A DNA stretch of 63,186 nt, filler included, from Platydemus manokwari (taxonomy: Eukaryota), in the NCBI GenBank assembly GCA_037951405.1. It is 6 parts of 6 records of this genome, joined end to end, with 100 filler letters (N's around TTAATTAATTAA, not from the genome) between each part and the next. Parts side by side here need not be neighbours in the genome. Positions count along the whole stretch, not along the records: positions 22,774 to 34,369 come from JBBMOY010578884.1; positions 34,470 to 43,713 come from JBBMOY011278207.1; 4 more parts are not named here. One strand, written 5' to 3'. The notes beneath the pieces were generated by a model. That model was given only the letters and a program-made list of their open reading frames with translations. It ran no database searches and had not been told where the DNA came from. Positions 26,001-39,554 of this stretch are shown in pieces. Numbering within the stretch: the first letter of the stretch is position 1; the number at the start of each line of letters is the position of its first letter. Both the position numbers and the translations under genes were made by a program.

Positions 26001-29000
26001 GTACAAATACGGTATTATTCACAGCAATTGATTGGATTTTTATAATTCGATTCTATTAGTAAATAAACTCGCCAATTTGTAAATAATAGAAAAGTTAATT
26101 TTAGAAAAATCAATAAAATCAGAAATCAACCCTTTTAAAAAATTATAAGTATGTATATTCAGTGGTACTTCTACTTACGAAATTAATTCGTTCTGGATGT
26201 CGTTTCGGAACGTGAACATTTCGTAAGTAAAGCCTATTTTTCCTGCTAAATGCCCTAATCGGTTCCAAGCCTCCAAAATCCAAACATAACTCTTTCATAA
26301 ATTAGAAAAATACGAGAAATACATGTTAAAATTGGATTTCTGCACAATAAGCATAAAAATGATAGTTATACGTAGGGTAAATAATGACCAAAGAATAATG
26401 AATTAAAATTTTAGCAGTTAAGCTCTTGTTTTAAGTGCTGTTGTCATTGCCTTTCGCTTTCTTCGACTCGGATTCACTATCAACAATGGATTTTGCCTGA
26501 CGTTTTATAAAGAACTGGTCCAAGGGCGTTTGGTTTTGTCGGCTTTTAACAATGTTTCGAAAATGTGCAAGGCAAACATCATCATAGTGAGAGATAGCCC
26601 GACTAGTGGACAGTTTTTCTGGGTGATGATGACAGAATAATTGCTGCCTTCTCGTCATCACTGAAATCCTCTTTCTACTTTTCTATTATCTCGTGCTTGG
26701 TTTGTATGGACAAAACATCTCTCTTCTTCCCGCCACTTTTCCCATCACTTTCTTGGGATCTTTAGTTAATAAAAGTGTAACAGAATTTAAATCTTGATTA
26801 AGATCTGAAAACTCAACTATTTTAAACAAAATTAAGTATTTTGAAGTTTTTAACTTTCGCATCGTGAAATTTTTCTAACCAGAGGTAATATTTTTCCGAG
26901 GGCGCGTTTCTTAACTTGAAAATTTCGTGTGTAAAGCCTTAAATAAACAAATCGATAAATACCACCAAATCAATAAATATGTCGGTAAATGAATCGACTG
27001 AAATTGACGGTTAATTCAATAAGATCCGGAAAATCTGTATTAATTATAACAATAAGCTAAATAATTAGTTGGAAGATCACGAATTATGATAAAAACGGAT
27101 ATGTAGGTCCAGAAATTTATAAAAAAAATTTATCAAGCTATATAAAACAATAATTATTCCATAATACATTTTTCGTTCAACAGAAGTCAGTAGTTTGAAG
27201 TCTCTTTGTTCTTGTAATTCGATTATGAATTCCATCAAACACCATTATATATCTAAGTGTAACACACAGATGAACTTTAGCATTTCGTAATGTAGACATC
27301 ACGTTTGTAGAAAACATTGAATTTTACACCCGTGTTTATGCTGTATCTCTTTCCGGATTATTTCTGTTTACCAAATCGTCATAAAAATAGATATTCGATT
27401 CGGTGTTTTGCGTTCAAGCTTCGTGAAAATAAATTTTTACAATTTACACTCAATTGGAAATCAATTATAGATTATTGATTAAAATCTTCATGATAAAATA
27501 TCTTGAAAAAAAATTAAAGATAAACAAAACAATCACGAATATGAAAGGAATAAATTAATGAACGATATTTATTGATAAAATAAAATTACCGATCTCATTT
27601 GACAGAAAAAAATTGTCTGTAATGTTTTCTCCAATCAAATTCAAAGTTTAGCCATCAGCAATTTGAGTGGTTTATCAATTGGACTCATAATGTCGATTAC
27701 CATTGATTGAACAACCTTGATTAACTGTTAGGAAGGGATAAGATCAAATCAAGATTGTTTGCAGTGATATGATTAAGGAATTGTGATGCGAAAATTATAA
27801 TTTTAATAATAACGCCATGCATCTTACTAAAGATCTCAAACGTATGTTAAAATATTAGTAATAGGTGACGATGTAATATATTTCATATTGATAATTGAGA
27901 TTTGACCACACTTTCGATGATCTACGAAAATTCACATTTTATTATTTATTAATTATTTTATCACAATAATATCTCTGTCACAGGGGGAATTTGAGGAACA
28001 GCCTCGAAACCATGGTCAAGAGTGTCGATGGTTTGATCAAGAGCGTTAAAAGTTTAGAAGATTCAGGATTTAGAGGCACTCGTGCATTGGAAGCCGGACT
28101 GGAAGCAATGAGGAAAGAATATCGTGCTCTGGATGCTTGGAATCCTGATGGAGACACCATACCAAATAATAATAACGAAGGTATCGTGTGATTTATAAAT
28201 CAATATAAATGATTTCAACGAACATTTCTCTCATCAGATGGCGAATTTTCACAAGTAGATATTGCAAATATCGCACAACCATCGGCAGACAAGGTGTATT
28301 CCATAGAGAATTTAGTCCTCATGACAAAACCCTTGGTTTTGGCATCACAAAAAGCTATGGCGGCAGTTCAGACATTCAAGCAGGAAGATGTAAGATTTTT
28401 ATTATTTTATATTTTGTTTTGCAGTTATTTTAATTATATTCGAAATAATATAATTATCATGATTTATTAAAATAATTACTGCAATGCTAGCTTTAAATGG
28501 AGAACGTTAAAAATTTGAATTCATTAATCAGTGTCTGAAATAATCAACCAATCAAATCTCTACTAAATTTCTCATCTATTGGGTTCGTTGTAGAGTCAAT
28601 AACTGTACCTTATCAACAAGATTCTCGTGTGTTGTGCACCTATATATTGCACGGCCAAATTAACTCTGTTACCGTGGTTACTATTAACCTAGATTATAAT
28701 TATTAATTTTAAATTTAAATAAATTATTATTAGAATTAATAAAAAAACAGTATTATAAAATATCGTACAATTATATTGTTACAGATATTGATGGCTGCCA
28801 ATGTCGGTCGTAAAGCCGTCCATGATTTTGCCCACCATTTGAGAGTGACTATTGAAATGAAATTGAAAGAAGAAAGTGCAAAACCGGCCAGAATTTTCAC
28901 TGAAAAGATTCATCTGTCTTCTGATCCAGATCGGAGATCAAGTGAATCCGTTAAAGACAATTCAGTCAAGATAATCGAACACGGCAAAGGTGCTGTCAAG

Positions 29001-31299
29001 GCACTAATCGAAATGTATGAAAATCTCAATAAAAGCGTATCCGAAGGCAAAAAAAGTGAATCACATAAAATGCAAATGACCCTCGCCTCAAGGCGAATTG
29101 CTCATTCAATTCACGAGGTCACAGATTCAGCCAGTCAACTAAAGAGTAACGATCGATGAACCTTCTTGAGCACATAAATTGAATTATATTATTACAGACA
29201 TTGATTTAGTCGATCAAACTGACTCCAATGACTCAGCAAATATTGCAGAAGAAGAATTGTTAGAAGCAGCCAGTCAAATCGAAATGGCAGCGAAAAAACT
29301 GTCTCTACTAAAACCAAGAAAATCAATAAAGGTAAAAATCAATTTGAATTTTTTTATTAACACCTACACATAATGAGTAACTTTTGATTCTTGCACTACT
29401 AGCATTCATCGCTTCTATGTGGGTGTGTGTGCACGTGTAGCACCGTGTAACATTGATAAATGTGTGTGTACAAAATTTGGCTGACATTGTGCAACGAATA
29501 ACGATTGCAACAAGCATAAGCACTTTTATACTATTATTGTGACTACCACGATTGATTTGTAATTATTCATTCTACTAATGGAGGAGAGAGGGTTGAAGGG
29601 TGTGTGTGTGTAGAGTCTACAATAATCATTATTGGGACGGGGATATATCATTATTAATCATGTCTGCGATTCAAGACCACTGATTAACAAAAATAAATCT
29701 CATTTCAATAATGCGACGTGTGATAAGATAAATGGATTTTTCAGTTGTATATGAGATCGGCTGGGCAAATCGAATTTTGGATATTACCATCTTAAAATTG
29801 AGTCTAGTATTAGACAATATATGCTCTGCCATTCATTAAATTGAACTGAGATTTTTGATATCATTCCATTCGGTGATGGCTTTTTCGTGATATTTTTCTG
29901 GTATTTGATTCAATTTACTTTGCTGATTTTTTCCCAAGTTTTGTTTTAAATTTTTGTTTTGAAATGATATATATTTTTTAATCAATCGAGAAGATCGATT
30001 GGTTCTTAAAGAACTAGTGGTTTTTACAATCGCAATAAAACATTTTATTTATCTCCATGGTGTTATCAGGATCATATTGTGATCAAAACAGCTATATTTA
30101 GTGCGATAATACCTGCCTAATTTTACAAATTTCGAATAAATTTGATTTCATTTATCTGGGTACAAATAAATAAAACTGAGGTGATTAAAATTAAAAAAGC
30201 GTATTTTTCTATTCAGAAAGACTCCGGTGAAGAGTACACGTTCGATAGTCAAATTCTTAAGGCTTGTGGCTCTATTGTCAGTGCCACATCACACTTGGTG
30301 AAGATGGCTACTCGATCTCAACAGGAACTGGTAGCATTAGGTCGGTTGAAACCAAGTGAAAATGTTTCCGATCAACGCGAAACCCAATGGAGTCATGGAT
30401 TAATATCTGCAGTAAGATGAATTTTCATTTATGTATTACACCGTATTGCTTTGATCCTATAAATCGATCTCGATGTGAAATGGGACGAATTTACTTTGCC
30501 ATGGAATGGTTGACTGGATTTTTAATTCTTAAGAATATTTGGTGGTAATTTAAGCAAATAAAACAACAAATGAAAGCTTCTACTATTTTATAGTAAATAA
30601 ATGAGGATGGCTGAGTCGATATCATAGAGATAAAATCGATTTTAAAAAAGCTTGAAGAGCAATTTTTGGTAAAAAAACAAGGTCATTTTTAAAAAAAATA
30701 AATATTTGAGTTTTACGATTGGAAATCGAAATCTGTGAGAAATATGGAATGATAGAATGGAGGACTTCCGTATTTTAAACCATAAATGAAAAAACATTTA
30801 TTTTCAGGCCAGATTGGTTGCAGCAGCAACGGAAAATTTGAGTGACAGTGCCAAAGCAGTTATGCAAGGTAAAAGTGGAATGGAACGATTGATATCAGCA
30901 TCGAAACAAGTGGCGGCAGGCACCGCTCATTTATTATTAGCTTGTCAAGTCAAATCCGATGCAGATTCTAAAAGCAATCAAAATCTACAAGCAGCTGGAG
31001 CGGCAGTAAAACGAGCGACAGAAGCGCTGGTGAAAGAAGCATTGGAATGCAAGGACGTTCAAGACACTTCGGTTAGCTATTCATATGAAGGATCGAGTAA
31101 AAGTATGGTTAATTCCATGCGAAATGTGAGTGTTGCCTATTATGAAATGATCGTGTTTATTAAATGATTCCAGGTCATTCAAGCTCAGGCTGACATTGTA
31201 GCCAAAGAAAAGGAGCTGGAAATGCTTCGTAACAAATACCAAACAATTCGCCAAGAGCAAATCTCTACACACCCCGACCTTTTTAACAATGACAATTAA
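23071..31299 (+). CDS. TLN: Talin, rod R7-R13 plus dimerisation helix; FERM head and R1-R6 absent from this contig
   Basis: APGQREF...LRNLDRA (R9), GTQCCIAAANKV..MVADLDTAILFASSGTL (R11), GTRALEA, AEEELLEAASQIEMAAKKLSLLKPR, I/LWEQ motifs QWSHGLISA and ERLISASKQVAAGTAHLLLACQVK, and last exon IQAQADIVAKEKELE ending in TAA at 31299. Confidence 0.95.
26160..26940 (-). mobile_element. Internally deleted Tigger/pogo element in a talin intron
   Basis: Terminus CAGTGGTACTTCTACTTACGAAATTAATTCGTTC. ORF 26661-26431 HPEK...HFRNIVKSRQNQTPLDQFF resembles the TIGD1/Tigger C-terminus. Confidence 0.7.
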
Positions 31300-31499
31300 A
31301 TTTATTGAAAGATTGTATAGATGATTTGTTTGCGTCATGATGGAATCGTTTTGGATGTATGGATTCTCATTAATATATTTTGATTTTTGAGGGTTTTCTT
31401 ATTAATAATTAACGGACAATGTCGGAAGTCATTTCGTTATTAAAATGAAATTGATTAATAGAGACAACTGAGTAGTATTTCATTCCCTCTTCACCTGAA

Positions 31500-32620
31500 A
31501 CCTAAAGGCAGGGCTTAATTTCATCGCTTTGCTTCTTACCAACAACATCGCATCATCACTACTGCTTTACCTCATTAATCTTTCCTGGACTGGAATCTTT
31601 CAACTGATGCCATGGTATCGAATTTCTTTTTTTCTGGTTCTTTCGAATCTGTCTCTGAATTGTTGCCTAGGATATTCGCCCTGGGATTTTTTCTCGGCTT
31701 GTCTTTTGAATCTCATCTTTTCGAGATAGAAATCGCACTACACATATCTGATTACTTACGCTGACCCTTATGCACTCATAAGTTAGCTCATTGATATGAT
31801 TTTTATATTGCACAACTGTTCTCAGTATTATGAACGAGTTGGATTCATTACATGTTGCGAAGACATATGCACAGAATTCAACTTCATATATGAATAAAAA
31901 ATTTGACTTTTGTTGTGCCCAGCTTTTGAGATGGAGGAAGAATGCTCTCGGTCAGCTTATTTGTACGGTTTCACTGGTCGAGAGAAAATTCTTCTGCTGA
32001 GTTTTTGAGATTTAAAAAGAAATTCACTCAGGTATCTATAGTGATCCTCTATACGTAGCTGTGGAACAACTGTTTTGTAAATTGTAGCTTCATGTCTCCT
32101 GTTGCCTGGTACTTTGATGTTTTATAGGTTGCCTACATTTTGCAGGTTTGAAGTGTGTTGTGTTGCTATGGCTATGCTTGTAGTGTCTTGACTAGGGATA
32201 AACATACGCAAGCATTTTGATTTTCTGTCCAACTAGCATGAGTCCGCGATTGAGTCCATCTATTTGTACAAGTAGGGGCTGGTTGCGATGTTAAAGAGGA
32301 GCATGTATATAGAGCAACACTTCTTCACTCCTCGTGTTATTGATATTTCTTTTTGTTATGCATATGAATGCTGTGTTACATTTGTTGTATAATAACTTGA
32401 TGAGTTTGACTGCCGTTCTGTGTGATTCCAGTTTTTCTTAATGTTAATAAATTGGAATGCTTCTTCAATATCTAGGAATATTATGTGTGTGTTCGACTTC
32501 TCTTTATGGTACCTTTCTAGCATTGCTCTCAGGGGGAGGTTATGCTCAGTTGGTTCGAGACATTTCTGAAAGGGGTGCAGTAATTTATATTAGTCTGTCC
32601 ATCGCATTGGTTGCTTGTAA
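31500..32620 (-). mobile_element. Decayed non-LTR retrotransposon RT (R2/NeSL-like)
   Basis: Reverse-strand fragments IFLDIEEAF, ITRGVKKCCSIYMLLFNIA, KIKMLAYV, FKPAKC, YRYL and LPPSQKL occur in RT order with frameshifts. Confidence 0.75.
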
Positions 32621-33420
32621 AACATTGTTGTGTAGACTTCATGGGAACAGTCTAATAAAGATATTGATCGCCATCACCTCACTTTATTGTAATGCCCACG
32701 TTTCATTATTTATATAATCACGATTGTATCGTGGTTAGACCATTCTAAGGATATAGTTTTTGTTTCTATGGAGAATTTGTGTATATATTTAGTCAATATA
32801 TTAACCCTAATAATAGCAATAAAGATTATAGTAGCATCAATATCAATGATCTTAAGAATAACAACAATTTGCATATCAATATCAACTCTTTGTTACAGAT
32901 ATATTGTTCCTTTATTAAGCCATTCGCTCTGAAATGATTTTCAAATAAATTCCACTTGTTTCAATGGATTCGTTTCCGGTATTATCGCTAGATTGCTGTT
33001 TCATGAAATCATCTTTATTTGATCTACAGCTGATATATTGTTCTATCAATCACAATTTTCTTAATTTTTGTTAAACAGCTAGGATGCTTGTTTATATTTT
33101 ACAGATTTATTTTTAGAGTTTTGTGGGATTGGATTCGAATTTGTTTACAGAATTTCGATTTGGAAACGAGAAGTACATGGCAACAATTTTCGGAAAAAAC
33201 ACGATGTTGATATTTGGACTGTAAAATCTGGAGTCGGTAAAAAGCTGTATATTAATAAGCTGACATCCTACGTGAAAATCTACTGGCTATTTAAATGTGT
33301 TTGTCAGTGGTTTGTTTTAAACCACTCATCGAAATAAATATTCCTAAATTTTGATCTTAAAGAAAAATAATTGTTATTACGCTATGACCGATATACACGA
33401 GTAATATCAATGATCTAAAC

Positions 33421-34097
33421 CAGTGGGCCTCACGCTTTTTTTGTTGCGGCATCTAGAAACTAAAATAAAAATAATTAAGTAAATTTTTATAAAAATTTTT
33501 TTCAATATCAAAAAATTAAAATATATTTGATAATAGCAACGATTTTGCATATTCCTGCATAAAACATCAAAACTTGGTTCTATTTCGGTGATGGCTGGTC
33601 TCAGTGCTAATTCCAGATCTTTAAAATTCGATCGATATTTTGTTTTAATATGAGTTAGTACCGAAAATGATTTTCCACACTAACTACAGCCAAAAAGAAG
33701 AGAAAATGTGTCTAGTTCCGATAATAGGGGATATTCTGTTTTTACACTAACCCAAAAGAAGCTTAAGTTATTTTTTGAAAAATTTACTTTCAATCTCAAA
33801 TCACTGGAGAGTTTGGAAAAAATTTCTAGAGCTTTAAGTGAGAGGTGATTCATTTTTTCTTAGATGCTCTTGTTGAGACTGCTTTTAGCATGAAGAAAAA
33901 ATGTCCTGTTATGTCGTCTAATAATATCAATAAAATAAAAGAATAATCGTATTAAAAATTATTTAAAATTTGACTTCTCATATTTAAAGAATATTTTCTT
34001 ATGATTTTTTACTATAACTTTGAAATTTCTCGCTACCCCAAAAAAATCTTTCGTGACCCACTGGTGGGCAGTGCCACCCACCTTTTGAAGAACAATG
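33421..34097 (-). mobile_element. Non-autonomous hAT (Buster/Charlie-type) element with dimerisation-domain remnant
   Basis: Ends CAGTGGGCCTCA...TGAAGAACAATG. Internal FWVSVKTEYP...FSVLTHIKTKYRSNFKDLELALRPAITEIEP. TSD degenerate. Confidence 0.8.
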
Positions 34098-34469
34098 ACC
34101 TAGGGTATGAATAAAAAATTAATTCCGTTTAATAAAATTATAAATAAATTATTATTAAAAAAACAAGGCTTTTTGAGAAAGCAAGAAAAAAGTCTATTTA
34201 GTTAGAATTCGCTCTTTGAAATGTTTTGCTTATTTATATGCTCATTATTATTTCTGTTTTATGTTGCATTCATTCGATATAAATGTGCCCTCGATTATGA
34301 AAGTGGTATAAGTCATATATTTCTTGTTTGGAGATATTAAGGGATTTGCATGTTAAAGAATTAAAAAATNNNNNNNNNNNNNNNNNNNNNNNNNNNNNNN
34401 NNNNNNNNNNNNNTTAATTAATTAANNNNNNNNNNNNNNNNNNNNNNNNNNNNNNNNNNNNNNNNNNNN

Positions 34470-36780
34470 TTTCACCGATTGATGGATTTGTGTTACGAAG
34501 CCTTGTAGAAGAAACAAAGCAAAGTGAATCAGAGATAATTCTCTTTTTCAGCGGACAATCGGAGTTTAAAACACGAAATGCTTGAACAATGCATTGAGTT
34601 TGGTATTCATCAATCAATCCAGTAAGTCCGACACCACAATTTACTATCGATGAATAAAGATATCAGTTTTCAGCTGATTTGGTAAATAAAGTAAATGTTT
34701 CATGTAAGCTTGTATTTTACTACTTTTTCATTCAGTGAAGAAATTTTGATTTCTCTGCTTCTAAACGCATATACAAGTCCAGAGTGCAAGAAAATTCTAT
34801 GCGATTTAAGCTTTTGCCAATCCCATAAATCAGAATTGACTATTTTACCAAGATCAATTACAAGTTTGTTCAAAATCACGTAAGAAGATTGGTCATTTTA
34901 TCGCTTACAAGAACACCAAGATACAATTAAAATTCTTTAGTCAACAATCTTTTAATATTTACATAATTAATAGATATTATAACATCAGTACTTTCGTGTG
35001 GCAAACTTATGATGGTACATTTATCTGGGCGGTATTGTAAATCAGCCCATTCAGTTACCTCAACAGCTTTATCGATTAGTCTTTAGAGATCAGGAGTATT
35101 ATTGGCAATCAAAGAAATAGCATCAACGTAAGCTAGAACCTTAACAGAGCTAATTCCTTCTGAGAAATTGGGAACTGATAAAAATTCAATGGCTTCAAGT
35201 ACTGGGTTAATTGTCAAAGCAAACAGAGTCATCGGTATAGGACAGCCCTGTTTCACTCCTCTTCGAATAGGGAAGTCCGGTGTAGTAATAGGTCCACAAA
35301 CATAAAATGAACTTATGTCAGTGTAGAACAATTCAAGAGTATCGATGAAAGAGTCATTTATACCTATAAACCGCAGAAGACCCCATAGATATTTATGTAA
35401 GACACTAGGAAAGGCGTTTGCAATGTCAAGCCAAGCAACATAAATTGACAAGAGTCGAGTGTATTTTGAATGTTCAAAAGCAGCATTAAGAATAGGGTTG
35501 TGTTCAATACAACCCTCATATTTAGAGCCGCCTTTTTGACCCCTGTTGAGGAAGTTATTATTTTTAATCCAATGCTCTAGTCTTCTAGTCAAGATTGACG
35601 AAAAAATCTTGTATGAAGTTGATAAAAGAGCTATTGTTGTTTATGTTTTTATACTGGCCATCTTTATCTGGTTTTGGAATTAGAGTTGACATAAATTTTC
35701 GCCAATTTTTTGGAGGTTTATGAGTCGAAATGACTTTATTAAAAAGGTGAGTTAAAAGGATATCTTCAGGGTCTAGAAGTGAAAGGTCACGGTATGTGAT
35801 TTTGTCACTGCCAGGTGAGGTATTACCTGCGGATTTAAAAATAGAAAGAACTTCCCTCGGATTAATGGGTTCTAACTCTAATTTATCAATGACAGTTTTG
35901 CAATACCCATTATTATAATCCCATATGGTTGAGTTGGGTTTTTCATGAGAAAAACAATCAATTATATCATCAATAGATGGTCTAGAGTTGATTTTGTCAT
36001 CATTAACAATATCATTAACAATGTACTCATATTTCTTAAAAAATTCATTTTCTTGTTGCTGTCCCTGGTTTTTTTTATTGAATCCTGTCCTTACTCCTAA
36101 ATATGGTTTATTCCAAATATCGTTTCGGTTTTGTATTTTTTCCGGTAAGCAGCTAAAAATTTCATTCAATATTTCATTTGGGTCGGAATTCTCGACTTTT
36201 TCAATATTTCACGGGATTTTTCAATTCTGCTTTTTAAACTAAGGTAATTTTTACTCATTCTTTAAATAATTTTGGAATATTTTTGGTCTTTATTCTCCAT
36301 AACATTGTCGGCGTTTAACAGACTATCAGAGCCATCCATATTATTTAAGTAATTGAATATAATGTCAAAATTGATATTCAAAAGTGGCAGATTTTTTATA
36401 TAATTAAGTATATATCCACATAAAAGAATATTTGAGAAAATCCCAGAACGGCGAGTTTCATATTCTTCATATTGAACAACGACGAAAGATTCTTTCAAGC
36501 CCCGTAGTTCTAAAATGGAATTGGTGATCGTTTGATCCAAAGATATAAATCGATCATTACAAATTGAAGTTGTCAGATTTAGAACAAAGACAACACTTTG
36601 GGCAAAGTTACGAACTAGTCAACTTGATCATAAATGGTGTCTACTGTTATAGGCATAAATTGTCAATTTTGAGGTTCTTCCGTGTTGTGCATCAATGCCC
36701 TTTTCGTAGCTCGTCGAGTTCTATTGGATATTGGCGAACGAACAATTATTTTCCTCTCACTTTTTCTGACTTTACTATTT
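34470..36780 (-). mobile_element. Frameshifted non-LTR retrotransposon (R2/NeSL-like RT), cut by the spacer
   Basis: SPGSDKITY, LIPK, QKGG...GCIEHN, VAWLDIANAFPSV, RGVKQGCP, LAYVDAI, YRPDKC; Cys-rich N-terminal remnant near 36600. Confidence 0.88.
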
Positions 36781-39261
36781 AATAGTGCAAAACGAATCAA
36801 GGCAATCATTACAGAAGCTTAAACTGTTTTGATTATGGCTTAGACTCTTTATTGGTTTTTCATTTTGACACGAGTTGCAAGCACNNNNNNNNNNNNNNNN
36901 NNNNNNNNNNNNNNNNNNNNNNNNNNNNNNNNNNNNNNNNNNNNNNNNNNNNNNNNNNNNNNNNNNNNNNNNNNNNNNNNNNNNNNNNNNNNNNNNNNNN
37001 NNNNNNNNNNNNNNNNNNNNNNNNNNNCTATTATCAATTATTATTATTATTGTAGAAATATTATTGTTGAATCATTATTCAAAACAACTGGAAACATTAA
37101 TTGAGTTCAATAAATAATATTTAATGTGAGATGAAATTATTTTAATAATTTTTTTAATATTGATTGCTTGGTTTATCATTGAAATTATCTCTGATTAAGA
37201 GCGGTTTATAATTTTTTTCAATTTATATCATCACACACACACACACAAACACACGCACACACATTTCCAGGATTATGATACAAATAGAGATTATATATTT
37301 CTCAGTGGTGATTTGTTATGAAAATGTTATTGAAAACATTTATCAAAAATTTTCTCATTTACTGCATAATATTAAATAAAGAATAAGGCATTGAATTGTT
37401 GATAGTAAGAAGAATGAAACAATGTGGTAATCCTTCATTCAAATTCATAGCATACATAAATCTATATACAAACATATTATATCCTATTGATGAACTTCGA
37501 GAAATGTTTGCCCATAATAGGCTATATAAAATAGCCTAACTATTGGCAAATTTCTCTCATCTACTATATTTACCTGGATGGCTTATATTGGATCAATTAT
37601 CAGTCGTAGAGGTTGGATATGGTGATGACTCATCAATTTGATCGATGCTTCTCTAGTTTAGTTATTTCTCCAAATATCATTGTAGGGTTGGTAATCCAAT
37701 TCAATCAAAATATTTTCTCCATGTTTTCAGAAATTTTGATGCACTTATGAAACCAAGAGAAACAATTTCAAATCGGAAATTATAAAAATTCTCTAATAAT
37801 ATATTAATTTATTGTTTTCTAATTCCACTTTCATATTTCTGTATCCAATCATTTTATCATTAAGTAGACCGTAAAGTCTTTTATATATTTATGACTTTGA
37901 TTTTCTATAAAATACTTGATGTCCACATTTTAATCCCACATATGGTCTCCTTATATCATTTACTATTTTCACGAATTCCATCAGTTCAAAGTGAGATCAT
38001 TACTTATTCTTAAATTTATGATTCCACCAATTTAATCTTTTCCAAAGTTTTAATTATTTAATAACTGGTTGATATAATGACTGAAAACAGCGAATCTCGA
38101 ACAATAATTTCGTACAAGACAATCGAGATAATAAAAAAATATTTCATTTAAATATTTTCTTGGAGCTCTATCGCCCGGTTTTTTTTTTTACTTTAAATTG
38201 AGTTATTGACCTTTGTAAAAAGACATTTACTATTCCAAAAATTTTTTTTTCTTTATTTTCTTTTTTTTCTTGTTTATTTTTTCTGGTCAATTGAAATTAT
38301 CGACAGCAGAATAACTAGTGTTCGAGCCTCTGAAACTTCATTTATTCTCCGACATCTATGATGTGTTAAAATGTGGAGAAAATTGTCTCTCGCATCTTAT
38401 AAAATCCTACTTTCAAGAGAAATACAATCTCATATGAGGCAACACTGATTCTAAGTAAATGATGATTGATACACGATTTCACTTAGATGATAATAACAAT
38501 AATAGACAGAAGACTGTTAAATTTATGGTAAAAAATGTCTTTTAACACAAAACGTAGGAATCTAACGATGTTATTAGAGGTTTCAAAAAAGAGCAACAGC
38601 TGGTAGAAAATAAAATTAAAAGTCAATACGCCGATAAGCACAAAAGCTAAGTACAGAAGCACACAGTCACACAGGCACACACAGACACACACATATAAAT
38701 ACTTTAAAGTCATTATTTGGTTATTGGTTTGAATTCCGGTTAATCCTATTTGTATTAACTCAGGCTTGGGTAATTAAGTAGGTTTGACTCCTTAGACATA
38801 ATTTCATACCAGTAGCAATATAGATGTGAATGTTTCCAACAATAATCTCCTCTAAAGACATACCATTGTTGATTTGAATCAAATGATAAAGTAAAAGCAC
38901 GGAGATGTATTTGTATTCCAAGAATTCAAGTCCTACTAAATTTAAATTTCTTGTTTATGAAAATGTGAGTTACCAGTTTTCAATTACCCCTTGGTTATCG
39001 CGATCAAGTACTTGTAGTCACACCAAAATAACGCTCTGAACAAAATCTTAATCAGATGATTTTTGTCAGCTGCAACTACTTCATAAAATATGAATTGAAA
39101 ATTACTCGAATAAAGGCAATCCCCCCGAAAAATGTTAAACAGAAATATACACACAAATTAAATCGATAATGGCTTGATTATTTTTTTTGTCAATATCAAT
39201 ATATTTTCCATTTAAGATGTTAATTGATCATAAAACGATCATAATTTCGATTGGTTTAAAT

Positions 39262-39554
39262 CAATGGTCTTCACACTTTTTCTGTTGCGAGCCACCTTAT
39301 GAGTCCAAATTTTTTCGCGACTCCTCGAGACTAAAATAAAAAAGTAGATTTTGCATATACTGACATAAAACATCAAATCTTGGTTCTATTTCGGTGATAG
39401 CTGGTCTCAGTGCTAATTTCAGATCTTTAAAATTCGATCGATATTTTGTCTTAATATAAAAGTCAGTGTCGAAAAATGAAATTTCTCGCGACTCCCAAAA
39501 AGTTTTTCCCGACTCAATGGTGGGTCGCGTCTCCCCACATTTAGAAGAACACTG
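39262..39554 (-). mobile_element. hAT/Buster MITE-like deletion derivative of the 33.4-kb family
   Basis: TIRs CAATGGTCTTC...GAAGAACACTG. Perfect 8-bp TSD GTTTAAAT at 39254-39261 and 39555-39562. Shares the IKTKYRSNFKDL...EIEP segment with 33540-33650. Confidence 0.9.

Noticed and set aside
18498-31299. One giant APC5-talin fusion gene
   Set aside because: The junction coincides with an artificial spacer and both genes are incomplete there.
36849-37117. ORFs spanning N runs (also 34414-34617 and 42031-42405)
   Set aside because: They are open only because N translates as X.
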